From: Nanobdellota archaeon
GTDB lineage: Archaea > Nanobdellota > Nanobdellia > Pacearchaeales > GW2011-AR1
Assembly (NCBI GenBank): GCA_038045485.1
Contig: JBBSYA010000030.1
Coordinates: 1-34,858 of the forward strand
Direction: 5' to 3'
Length of the DNA stretch: 34,858 nucleotides
Shown: positions 1 through 7,378 of the stretch, piece after piece
Layout: every line of letters begins with the position of its first letter
Numbering within the stretch: position 1 is the first letter of the stretch
Translations under genes and position numbers: made by a program
Notes under the pieces: model-generated
Seen by the model: only the letters and a program-made list of their open reading frames with translations
Told to the model about the DNA's origin: nothing
Database searches by the model: none

Positions 1-278
1 TTATCAAAAATCTTATGAACTGCCTTATTAAAATCCCATTCTTCAACACTTGCTTCAAAAGTCTGTGTTTGCCCCTTTATTTCTGCGCGAATAGTATATC
101 TCTTGCTCTTTGTCTTATTTTCAGGGCTTTTATTATAAGACCTTATATCTAATTTTAGAACAAAATCGCTTTTTGTCTTCCACTTTATTTTTTCCTTATA
201 AGTCTCTATTTCTTTATTAAGTTCCTGCTTTTCAGCTTCACTTAAACCCTCAATACCCTTTATTTCTATTGACTCCAT
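1..278 (-). CDS. Partial CDS with its C-terminus beyond the window edge. Tentatively a RaiA/HPF-like ribosome-associated factor.
   Basis: ATG at 278-276 and open to position 1; absent from the ORF track because it is truncated. The translation is MESIEIKGIEGLSEAEKQELNKEIETYKEKIKWKTKSDFVLKLDIRSYNKS..KRYTIRAEIKGQTQTFEASVEEWDFNKAVHKIFD. Its pattern and spacing resemble the RaiA/HPF (YfiA) family. No strict motif supports this. Confidence 0.35.
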   Translation of the reverse strand, partial: MESIEIKGIEGLSEAEKQELNKEIETYKEKIKWKTKSDFVLKLDIRSYNKSPENKTKSKRYTIRAEIKGQTQTFEASVEEWDFNKAVHKIFD

Positions 279-283
279 TTTTC

Positions 284-445
284 TTATTTAAGCTCATCAA
301 GCATTCGTTTTAATTCCCTTTCATATTCATCCGCAGATTTCAAAAAATTGAGCTGGGGAAACTCTATTTTCGATTCTTCTTTTTTAAGCAAATTCATTTC
401 TTTCTTAATTAGATGTTTAATTATCTCTTTTTCTTCTTTTTTCAT
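284..445 (-). CDS. Small K/E-rich hypothetical protein (53 aa), not in the ORF track
   Basis: ATG at 445-443 and TAA at 286-284. Translation: MKKEEKEIIKHLIKKEMNLLKKEESKIEFPQLNFLKSADEYERELKRMLDELK. It ends 5 nt before the ATG of the next reverse-strand ORF (278), which suggests co-transcription. It could also be a chance ORF in AT-rich DNA. Confidence 0.25.
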   Translation of the reverse strand: MKKEEKEIIKHLIKKEMNLLKKEESKIEFPQLNFLKSADEYERELKRMLDELK

Positions 446-498
446 ATTCTAACTCTAAGAGTGGAATTTAAATAGTTTACTAACCCCTAAAAAATAAT

Positions 499-792
499 AT
501 GTTACATAAAATATTTGGAATCGCAGATTTAATAGTGGCGGGAGCTTTTTTTCTTAATAATTGGTTCGATAAATCTAATTCCTGGTTTCCAAATAACATT
601 GTCTTATTTCTTGCGATTTACCTAATCGTCAAAGGCCTATTTTTCTTAGTAAGCTTAGATTTCGCCAGTATAATTGATATAATCTGCGGAATAATAATAA
701 TAATATCCCTATCGATACATATTCCTCTTGTTTTAGCTGCCGTAGTTCTTGTATTTTTACTTCAGAAAGCAATATTTAGTATTATTTCTTAA
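499..792 (+). CDS. Small hydrophobic membrane protein (97 aa, about 3 TM segments), function unknown
   Basis: ORF-track ORF composed almost entirely of hydrophobic helices. It overlaps the 3' end of the convergent MFS gene by 11 nt. Confidence 0.45.
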   Translation: MLHKIFGIADLIVAGAFFLNNWFDKSNSWFPNNIVLFLAIYLIVKGLFFLVSLDFASIIDIICGIIIIISLSIHIPLVLAAVVLVFLLQKAIFSIIS

Positions 793-2041
793 CGCCACAA
801 GAATTGCCATAGTAAACTCTGAACACAATCATTGCAAAAGCCGCAAATAAACTTAAAGCGAAACCATAAATAAAAGTATAGTCCTGATTAATATCAAATA
901 AAATTCCGCCAATAACTCCAGCAAATATTGCAGAAATACCTATTGCTGTTTGAAATGCGCCGATGGCAGTAGCCCTTAATTCTTCACTCGAACAATCTGA
1001 AACAAAAGCTCTTTGATTGCTAACAACCATGGCATTGGATAATCCATAAAGGACAAACATCAAAATTAACATTGGCATGGAACTAAAGAATAAGAATCCT
1101 GCGCAAACTAATGAAAACAAAAAGTATCCTGCAGCAATAATTCTTCTTCTGCCAATCTTATCTGACCATTTCCCAAAGGGTATTGCAAAACCGGCATAAA
1201 AAATATTAAAAAATACATAGAGTAAAATGGGCATTGTAAACTGATCATTACCAATTTCAGAGGAAAATATACTAAAAGTTTTCAATACAAAAAACATATA
1301 AGTAAAATTAGCCAAAGCAAAAATAACTGCGATAAAAATAAATGATTTCAGTGAGCTAGAAAGGTGTCTCAAACTTGAAAAGAAAAATATTTTTTTCTCT
1401 TTTCCATTACTTTTATTATCAATATTCTTAAGGAAATAAATTGGAATAAGGGAAGTAAATCCAAGTACTGCTGCAAGTAATATTAGGGGTTTAAAATGCA
1501 AGCCCAGAAAATGCACGATAGCCAATAAAACTATTGAGCCCAGAATTGCTCCACCTATATCAAATGCCCTTTGAATCCCAAAACCTCTGCCTTTTTCAGT
1601 GGGCATTGATTGAGATATAAGCGCATCACGAGGCGCTTCTCGAATACCCTTACCCAGCTTATTTATTCCCATAAATGCCATAATCGTCAACCAACCATTT
1701 GCAAAGTATAGCATCAATTTAGAAATTTCTGCAAGGAAATAGCCCCCAAAGATAAACTTCATCCTATTATGAGCCTTATCTGAAAAATATCCTGAAAAAA
1801 CCTTGATAAGATTAGGAAATCCATCCATAAAACCCCCAATTATACCGATAATCAAACCAGTTCCGCCTAATGAACTAATAAGCAAGGGCAAAATTGGCCA
1901 AATTAATTCGCTGCTAAAATCATTAAGAAAACTAACCAACCCTAAGAGAAATACATTAAATGTCCCAAATTTAGAAAAATCAAATTTGTTTTTCTTTTCA
2001 ACAACTACGGCTTTTGTAGCATTCTCAACCCCTTTTTTCAT
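782..2041 (-). CDS. Major facilitator superfamily (MFS) transporter
   Basis: 419 aa with a polytopic 12-TM-like profile. It has an MFS motif-A-like loop, GKWSDKIGRRR, and a central hydrophilic loop (KNIDNKSNGKEKK) dividing it into two halves. Confidence 0.8.
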   Translation of the reverse strand: MKKGVENATKAVVVEKKNKFDFSKFGTFNVFLLGLVSFLNDFSSELIWPILPLLISSLGGTGLIIGIIGGFMDGFPNLIKVFSGYFSDKAHNRMKFIFGGYFLAEISKLMLYFANGWLTIMAFMGINKLGKGIREAPRDALISQSMPTEKGRGFGIQRAFDIGGAILGSIVLLAIVHFLGLHFKPLILLAAVLGFTSLIPIYFLKNIDNKSNGKEKKIFFFSSLRHLSSSLKSFIFIAVIFALANFTYMFFVLKTFSIFSSEIGNDQFTMPILLYVFFNIFYAGFAIPFGKWSDKIGRRRIIAAGYFLFSLVCAGFLFFSSMPMLILMFVLYGLSNAMVVSNQRAFVSDCSSEELRATAIGAFQTAIGISAIFAGVIGGILFDINQDYTFIYGFALSLFAAFAMIVFRVYYGNSCGVKK

Positions 2042-2083
2042 AAAGCAAATAGAAGAAATATATATTTAAACTATTCTCTGTGC

Positions 2084-3019
2084 TTACTTTTCAAGCTCTT
2101 CAATCAACTTTTCAATAGGTATAGTCTGAATATCATTCACAAAAATCTCTAAATTATCCGACATCTTGCTTTTTCTTGCATAACCCTCTACTAAGATCTC
2201 ACTTCCAAGCAATTCCTTTCTTTTCGGCATAAAACTTTCAGAACTTTCTAATTCCGCTTCAGTCGCAATTTTTTTTATCTGTTCGCTAAAAAGAACAGCC
2301 CTTATATTCTCGCTACCATCATCTAAAATTAAGGTAAGTATTGCATTTCTTTTTGGCGCAACATTACCATGAGTTTCACATTGATTCGTTTCAGATACTC
2401 TTTTTTTGCATTCAGGGCAGACATTATAAAAAGTTGGTCCAAATATCTGAACTATAAAAGCTCTTGAGGAAATATTATCATTTGACTGAATTTGCACAAT
2501 TTCTTTTTTCTGAACAACAGGTTTTGTTTGAACTTCTCCCAAAACAACGCTACTCAACTTCAAATCTCCAAAACTTCCAAGATGAAGTTCAGAATTCCTT
2601 ATATCGCCATTAGAAATTTCAACACTATCTCCTTCCTTAATTACTCCGTTTTCTATTAATCCAATGTGGTTTGTATCCCATAAAACGACTCTTATATTGC
2701 TGGTATCATCCGCAAGTAAAAAGCTTCCGATTTTTCCACTCTTACCATTTTTATTATATTCTGCTACTCGATTCAACTTAACAATTTTGCCTACGAGGTT
2801 TATCTTCTTCATTCCAGAAAGCAAACCTGATATTTTCATCTTTTGCTTATCAAAGCTTATTCCGAGCTCAGAAGCAATAATCTGTGCTGCACCCTCTTTA
2901 GAAATTAATCCCGAAAGTTTAGCTCGTTTAGCTTCAATCTTTCGTTCTATCTCTTCAATAGGAAGCTTAGAGCTCTCTGAAATCATCTTTATTATCTGGT
3001 CGTAATTTCCTTGAATCAT
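2084..3019 (-). CDS. Replication protein A-like ssDNA-binding protein (OB folds plus zinc ribbon)
   Basis: The N-terminal helical domain (PIEEIERKIEAKRAKLSGLISKEGAAQIIASELGI) is typical of archaeal RPA. Two OB-fold-like segments follow, with a CxxC..CxxH zinc ribbon (CPECKKRVSETNQCETHG). I place the start at the ATG at 3019-3017 (MIQGNYDQ). The ORF-track start at 3049 is a TTG inside a conserved non-coding block. Confidence 0.8.
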   Translation of the reverse strand: MIQGNYDQIIKMISESSKLPIEEIERKIEAKRAKLSGLISKEGAAQIIASELGISFDKQKMKISGLLSGMKKINLVGKIVKLNRVAEYNKNGKSGKIGSFLLADDTSNIRVVLWDTNHIGLIENGVIKEGDSVEISNGDIRNSELHLGSFGDLKLSSVVLGEVQTKPVVQKKEIVQIQSNDNISSRAFIVQIFGPTFYNVCPECKKRVSETNQCETHGNVAPKRNAILTLILDDGSENIRAVLFSEQIKKIATEAELESSESFMPKRKELLGSEILVEGYARKSKMSDNLEIFVNDIQTIPIEKLIEELEK

Positions 3020-3058
3020 TTTATTTTTGTTCTTTATATTTTGTAGCAAAAATAAAAG
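3020..3058 (-). promoter_or_regulatory. Conserved 39-nt upstream block, copy 1 of 3; probable shared promoter and 5' leader
   Basis: Plus-strand text: tttatttttgttctttatattttgtagcaaaaataaaag. It has the same length and 35/39 to 34/39 identity with 18384-18422 and 19090-19128. In all three cases it abuts the ATG. In gene sense it reads CTTTTATTTTTG..AATATAAA..AAAAATAAA-ATG, which contains TATA-like elements. Confidence 0.6.
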
Positions 3059-3131
3059 TCAGAAATTCAGCGAATTTCTGAATGTAAAAAACTCTTCACC
3101 CAAAACCCGAAGGGCTTAGTAAGTTTTTTAC
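3059..3131. repeat. Structured palindromic module, either a candidate ncRNA or a cis-regulatory element. It consists of a 10-bp hairpin, then a 10-bp outer stem enclosing a GAA-triloop hairpin.
   Basis: Hairpin: TCAGAAATTC-agc-GAATTTCTGA (3059-3081). Outer stem: GTAAAAAACT (3084-3093) pairs with AGTTTTTTAC (3122-3131). Inner hairpin: CCC-GAA-GGG (3106-3114). The same architecture occurs at 18424-18498, 18557-18678, 19129-19250 and 30790-30861. Confidence 0.55.
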
Positions 3132-3230
3132 CTTGTTATTATTACTACCTATTTTTATAAGTTAAATTTAGTTTTATACTATATAAATACTATTATAAAA
3201 TAAAATAACGTTTGCAAATAAATCCATATC

Positions 3231-3238
3231 TTTATAAA
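3231..3238 (+). promoter_or_regulatory. TATA-box-like element for the aEF-1beta gene; the transcript is probably leaderless or has a very short leader
   Basis: TTTATAAA is centred about 26 nt upstream of the ATG at 3260, which matches the archaeal TATA-to-TSS spacing. Confidence 0.4.
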
Positions 3239-3259
3239 TCTCTTTTTCTCCAACCCTTT

Positions 3260-3532
3260 ATGGGATTTACAGCAATTCAAATGAAACTTATGCCTGATTC
3301 TCCAAGTGCAGACCTTAAAGCAATCGAGAAACTCGCGGAAGAACTTATTGTTTCACGACATAAAACAATGGTTAAGATAGAAGAGCAACCAATAGCTTTC
3401 GGCTTAAAAGCAATAATTCTCTCATTCGCCTGGAATGACGAAATAGATATAGAAAAACTCGAAGCAGATATGGCAAAAATCGAACATGTTTCAAGTTCAG
3501 AGATTCTTGATGTAAGAAAAGCCTTTGGATAA
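3260..3532 (+). CDS. ef1b: Translation elongation factor aEF-1beta
   Basis: About 90 aa from MGFTAIQMKLMPDSPSADLKAIEKL...EEQPIAFGLKAIILSF...VSSSEILDVRKAFG. It matches the archaeal EF-1beta pattern (VMPESP..., EPIAFGL, ...DVRR). The ORF-track start at 3212 is a TTG and adds a non-homologous extension. Confidence 0.85.
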   Translation: MGFTAIQMKLMPDSPSADLKAIEKLAEELIVSRHKTMVKIEEQPIAFGLKAIILSFAWNDEIDIEKLEADMAKIEHVSSSEILDVRKAFG

Positions 3533-3614
3533 AATTTTGGTTTTAGTTAACCGATTCTACTAAACCGATTGTAATTAAATCAACTTCTAACAGGTTCATA
3601 CAATTATTAATAAG

Positions 3615-3660
3615 GATTACGAGCGCAAGAAATCGAGCAAGAGAAGATTTCTGGAGCGAG
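3615..3660. repeat. Palindromic intergenic element, the 'empty' form of the nested family also seen at 29376-29523
   Basis: Sequence: gattacgagcgcaAGAAATCgagcaagagaaGATTTCTggagcgag. Both flanks (gattacga.gcg.aagaaat.gagcaagag ... aagatttct..agcgag) recur at 29376-29523, where about 100 nt of extra hairpins lie between them. Confidence 0.5.
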
Positions 3661-3724
3661 TTATTTGTCCATATGTTAGCTTATTTATACAAATCTATTT
3701 AAATTAGAAATCCTATTCTAATAA

Positions 3725-4156
3725 ATGATATTCGGTCCTGAAAAATATGAAAAAGGTGTTTGGCTAGATTTAACAATTTCAAGAGCAGCCATTGAAGTAG
3801 ATACAATGATGCAAGGTAAAAATGAGGATTATCCAAATTTCCGTAAACTTAAAACTATTCTTCAAAATCATTACGATAAAACAAAATCCCAAAATCAATT
3901 AGACTATCTTTGCGATGAAAGTCTACACAAGGCATTAGTTTTTGATGTAATTCCAAAAACCTTTAATATAACTCGAGAAAATTGCAGAGGGTATGATCTC
4001 CCCGTTTATCTTGCAGGTTTAGAATTAGTTCTAGGACAATTTCAAAGTATAGAAAGTGCAAGCCCTGAAAGATTAACCTTATTATTACACTTTATATGCG
4101 ATTTGGGCCAAAGCAAATTGGCACATCATGAAAAGTCTGTCCGATATGCAGCATAA
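3725..4156 (+). CDS. Hypothetical protein (143 aa)
   Basis: ORF-track ORF with soluble-protein-like composition. I recognise no motif. Confidence 0.45.
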   Translation: MIFGPEKYEKGVWLDLTISRAAIEVDTMMQGKNEDYPNFRKLKTILQNHYDKTKSQNQLDYLCDESLHKALVFDVIPKTFNITRENCRGYDLPVYLAGLELVLGQFQSIESASPERLTLLLHFICDLGQSKLAHHEKSVRYAA

Positions 4157-4197
4157 CAAATCAAAACCCTTATTAATCCTAAATACTCTCTATTTTT

Positions 4198-4875
4198 ATG
4201 GCGCTCACAGATGCTCAAGCAAAAACAATAAAAGAACAGCTTCTAAAACAAGCAGAAAAATTTCCAGAAGATAAAAAAGAAGAAGTAATCAAATACATCA
4301 AATCAATGAATAATGAGCAGCTTGAAGAATTTCTAAAAAAGAATCAAGCTATGGCAAAAGAAGAACAAGCCAAAGAAGGACCAAACAAACCCTCTTCAAA
4401 ATCCTCTGGAACAGATTGTGTATACTGTTTAATTGCGGAAAAGCAGATAGAATCTTCTGCTATATACGAAGATAAAGATTATCTCGCGGTTCTCGAAATA
4501 AATCCTCTTTCAGAAGGCCACATCGTATTAATTCCTAAGAAACACATCGCAGAAACAAAAAATCTCAAAGCAAAAGCATTTACAATAGCCGATAAAATAG
4601 GAAAACATCTCGTCAAGCAATTAAAGGCAGAAAATTTTCAAATATCCAGTTCAGATGAACTAAAACACGCAGTAATCAACATTATTCCTACCTATAAAGG
4701 TAAAAAACTTGAGAGAAAACAGGCAGATAAAAAACAAATTCAAGAACTTGCAATAAAGATAGGTGAACTAAAGAAGCGCGCGAAAAAATCTCCTGTTAAA
4801 AAAGAAACTAACTTAGCAAAAGAACAGAACAAACTTGTTAAAGACATAATAAAATTACCGAGACGAATTCCTTAA
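4198..4875 (+). CDS. HIT-superfamily-like protein with a degenerate histidine triad and K/E-rich N- and C-terminal extensions
   Basis: The core CVYCLIAEKQIESSAIYEDKDYLAVLEINPLSEGHIVLIPKKH matches the HIT N-terminal half. Where HxHxHxx is expected, the sequence is KHAVINIIP, with only the first His retained. Confidence 0.65.
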   Translation: MALTDAQAKTIKEQLLKQAEKFPEDKKEEVIKYIKSMNNEQLEEFLKKNQAMAKEEQAKEGPNKPSSKSSGTDCVYCLIAEKQIESSAIYEDKDYLAVLEINPLSEGHIVLIPKKHIAETKNLKAKAFTIADKIGKHLVKQLKAENFQISSSDELKHAVINIIPTYKGKKLERKQADKKQIQELAIKIGELKKRAKKSPVKKETNLAKEQNKLVKDIIKLPRRIP

Positions 4876-5466
4876 ACGTTTTCTATTCTTTCCTAATAAC
4901 TCATTAAAAAGAAGATTTAAAGGTAATATTAAAAGAGAGAAATAAGCCAAGATTAATATTAAGGAATAAAATTCATTTGTGGGCATAAATGAAATACATG
5001 ACTTAAACAAGCAGTTTACATTTGCTGCAGGACCTAAATAGAGAACTATTGGCAATAAAAAGAGGATATGGATCAGACTATAAGTCCACGCATTAATTTC
5101 TTTTTTGTTAATAATCCAAATAGCCAAAAATGCGAGAGGCATAGTCAAAACATGCATAGCTAATGAAACTGCCAGAGGTAATGCTGACCCAAAAAACTGG
5201 AAGTTTCCAGTATAAGAAATACCCCATAAAAGATAAATTATATAATCCATTACATAAACAAACATTCCAAAGAAGCCAATGCAGAATTCTGCAATAAGGA
5301 GTTTATTTGCTCTAAAAAGAATAGCAGTTCCCAATATCAGAGGGACATGATTACATAACCAAAAAAATTGAAAAATCGCATCAACTTGATAAAGGAAAAA
5401 AAGCCTCAACAAAGCTAAACTAATCAAGAATATACCAATTAAATTCAATATCTTGTTTCTTTCCAT
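4855..5466 (-). CDS. Polytopic membrane protein (203 aa), function unknown
   Basis: Hydrophobic ORF with about 6 TM segments. No motif recognised. Confidence 0.55.
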   Translation of the reverse strand: MERNKILNLIGIFLISLALLRLFFLYQVDAIFQFFWLCNHVPLILGTAILFRANKLLIAEFCIGFFGMFVYVMDYIIYLLWGISYTGNFQFFGSALPLAVSLAMHVLTMPLAFLAIWIINKKEINAWTYSLIHILFLLPIVLYLGPAANVNCLFKSCISFMPTNEFYSLILILAYFSLLILPLNLLFNELLGKNRKRLRNSSR

Positions 5467-5498
5467 AGTTGATTAATAGTTTTCTATATAATAAACTT

Positions 5499-5570
5499 TC
5501 TAAATCCTACTGATAAGTTTATTTGTAATTCTAAATCCTACTGATAAGTTTATTTGTAATTCTAAATCCT
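5499..5570. repeat. Tandem direct repeat: a 31-bp unit in about 2.3 copies, spanning the stop codon of the 5531-6079 gene
   Basis: The unit tctaaatcctactgataagtttatttgtaat occurs at 5499-5529 and again identically at 5530-5560. A partial third copy, tctaaatcct, occupies 5561-5570. Confidence 0.9.
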
Positions 5571-6079
5571 TCGAATTTGATTGCAAATTCTCCCGTATCC
5601 TGACAATGATAAACCTTATGAGTAATTGTATAAAACCAGCCACGTATCTGACTAAAATTAGCTTCTTTCAAAATAGGATAATTCCCTGAGTTTAAAACAA
5701 GATGAGGAGCCTCAAAAATATACGGAGATTTTCCAAAACACTTTTCAAATTCTCTTATTCCAACCTGCAGATACTCTAAATCTCTTACTTCTCTAAACTC
5801 ACCATACCTGTGAGTTACACCATGCATACCAAGAGTTTTATTTAAACTCAGGATATATTCACACCAACTCTTATTTTCAGCAATAGATTTATTTTCAAAT
5901 AAAGGAATAACCATCAAACTACTGCCCCTATCTAAAATTCCCTGTGAACAAGGAATAACCGGACTAACATCATCTATCTGTCTTGGTAAAATAGTGCGGA
6001 CGGCAATTAAAACAAGGAAAACAATAAGAATACCAATAATACCTCCAATAAAATAACTCTTTAATTTTTTAAGTTTCAT
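5531..6079 (-). CDS. Membrane-anchored DUF2334 / polysaccharide-deacetylase-like protein (tentative)
   Basis: N-terminal TM anchor, then LMVIPLFENKSI..NKSWCEYILSLNKTLGMHGVTHRYGEF. This resembles the ..vvP.....HGytH...EF pattern I associate with DUF2334. Its start lies 1 nt after the stop of the prepilin peptidase gene. Confidence 0.4.
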   Translation of the reverse strand: MKLKKLKSYFIGGIIGILIVFLVLIAVRTILPRQIDDVSPVIPCSQGILDRGSSLMVIPLFENKSIAENKSWCEYILSLNKTLGMHGVTHRYGEFREVRDLEYLQVGIREFEKCFGKSPYIFEAPHLVLNSGNYPILKEANFSQIRGWFYTITHKVYHCQDTGEFAIKFEGFRITNKLISRI

Positions 6080-6080
6080 A

Positions 6081-6959
6081 TTAAAAATAGATTATACTTA
6101 GCAAAATTATTAATGCAATCAAAAATGCTGGAATAAACGGAACTCCATATCTTATCAAAACTTTTTTCTTATAATTTTTTTGAATAAACAAAAGTTCTTT
6201 TTCTGACAACCCTTCCCAATCTGGCTTAATTATTTTCTTTCCAATCTTAATAGAAGATATCAATAAATCGCCAATAGTTAAGTCTCTTGCATCCACAGAT
6301 TTAACCATACAACTATTCTCAACCGCCTTAGCCCAAATCATCAGCAAAGGAGAGATAAATATCAAAAGCGCGAGAAATCTGCCAGCATAAAAATCCAAAA
6401 CCACAGACAAAACAAACAAAAGCAAACCCATAACTCCAACAGCATAGGCTATTTTCTTATGCTTTCTAAGAATCACAGAAAATTCTTGTTTAAATCTTTT
6501 AAAATTCATAAACATAAGAATTTTACTATAGACGATTCCATAAACCGCACCAGCAATCAGGAATATTAAAGTAAATAAAATTATTAATTCTAAGTTTATC
6601 TTCCAATCAAAACTGAGAGGAATTATTGTTCCTAAAGCCATCAGCATTTTCGCATCTCCGCCCCCAAACATTCGTCCATAATAAAAAGCGTTCATAAGAA
6701 TAAATCCAAAACCCAATCCAATCAAGCCCCAGATAAAATAAACAGCATTCACTTCAGAAACAGAAACAAAAGCCCTAAAAACAAGAACAAAAGCAATAAG
6801 CGAAAATGTCCACCAATTCTCAACCTCTCGGCCCTTAAAATCCTGAATAGAAGCAATCACCAGCCAAAATATAGCAACTGCGATTAAAAATAAATTGTTC
6901 GCAGAAAATAACTCAACAGCATCAATAGAAATAGGTAGAAAGTTCAGTAGATTTAGCAT
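6081..6959 (-). CDS. Prepilin/preflagellin peptidase (aspartic peptidase family A24; PibD/FlaK/EppA-like)
   Basis: Polytopic protein. The first catalytic Asp context is ASIQDFKGREVENW and the second is the signature FGGGDAKMLMALG. A C-terminal GVPFIPAF segment follows an inserted hydrophilic region. Confidence 0.8.
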   Translation of the reverse strand: MLNLLNFLPISIDAVELFSANNLFLIAVAIFWLVIASIQDFKGREVENWWTFSLIAFVLVFRAFVSVSEVNAVYFIWGLIGLGFGFILMNAFYYGRMFGGGDAKMLMALGTIIPLSFDWKINLELIILFTLIFLIAGAVYGIVYSKILMFMNFKRFKQEFSVILRKHKKIAYAVGVMGLLLFVLSVVLDFYAGRFLALLIFISPLLMIWAKAVENSCMVKSVDARDLTIGDLLISSIKIGKKIIKPDWEGLSEKELLFIQKNYKKKVLIRYGVPFIPAFLIALIILLSIIYF

Positions 6960-7218
6960 TTATTTTTGTCCTCTTTTAGGTTATAAGAATATAGATTTCT
7001 TTAAGTTTTAAAGGTTATCATCCACCTCGCCGAGTTCTTGCATTTTTAGCTAAGTCAAATATTTTCTCAAAAATGCTGGAACGAGTGATTCGCTCGGCTT
7101 TTTTCATTTTCTGCTTAGCATAAGTCCAATAAATAAAAAACTAATAATTAAACCCAAATCGAATTGAAGTTAAGGCATTATTAAGAAGTTTATTACACGA
7201 AGTGCAAATTAAAAAATC

Positions 7219-7344
7219 TCATTTCTTCGCAGACTCATCCGTTCGCCACTTTCCACCATGTCGATAAGGAAAGAGCTTTCTATTTTTCTTTTTATCTTTG
7301 CCCTTATTTCTTCTTTCACTTCCACCAGAATAATCATCACTCAT
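7219..7344 (-). CDS. Possible very small basic protein (41 aa), not in the ORF track
   Basis: ATG at 7344-7342 and TGA at 7221-7219. Translation: MSDDYSGGSERRNKGKDKKKNRKLFPYRHGGKWRTDESAKK. It lies between the pilin operon and the peptidase gene. There is no supporting motif and it may be non-coding. Confidence 0.15.
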   Translation of the reverse strand: MSDDYSGGSERRNKGKDKKKNRKLFPYRHGGKWRTDESAKK

Positions 7345-7378
7345 AGTTACAAAAGAATATAGAAGTTTAAAAAGTTAA

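Noticed and set aside
3020-3049. ORF-track N-terminal extensions MLQNIKNKNK-, MSQNINNKNK- and MSQIINNKNK- (also at 18384-18413 and 19090-19119), considered as a conserved signal peptide
   Set aside because: They start at TTG codons. The conservation is at nucleotide level and continues upstream of the TTG. A canonical ATG follows in each case. I interpret them as translation of a conserved non-coding promoter/leader block.
5499-5570. The tandem 31-bp repeat, and the dispersed hairpin repeats, considered as a CRISPR array
   Set aside because: The 31-bp units are directly adjacent with no spacers. The hairpin modules are irregularly spaced, each sits next to a gene start or stop, and their sequences differ. 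No cas genes are present.
7029-7098. Long imperfect inverted repeat (GCCGAGTTCTTGCATTTTT ... AAAAATGCTGGAAC..CTCGGC) followed by TTTTTT, upstream of the prepilin peptidase gene
   Set aside because: The repeat is real but imperfect, and it is not obviously related to the two repeat families described above. Its T-run is on the plus strand, where no upstream gene needs terminating. I leave it as an unclassified hairpin rather than a called feature.
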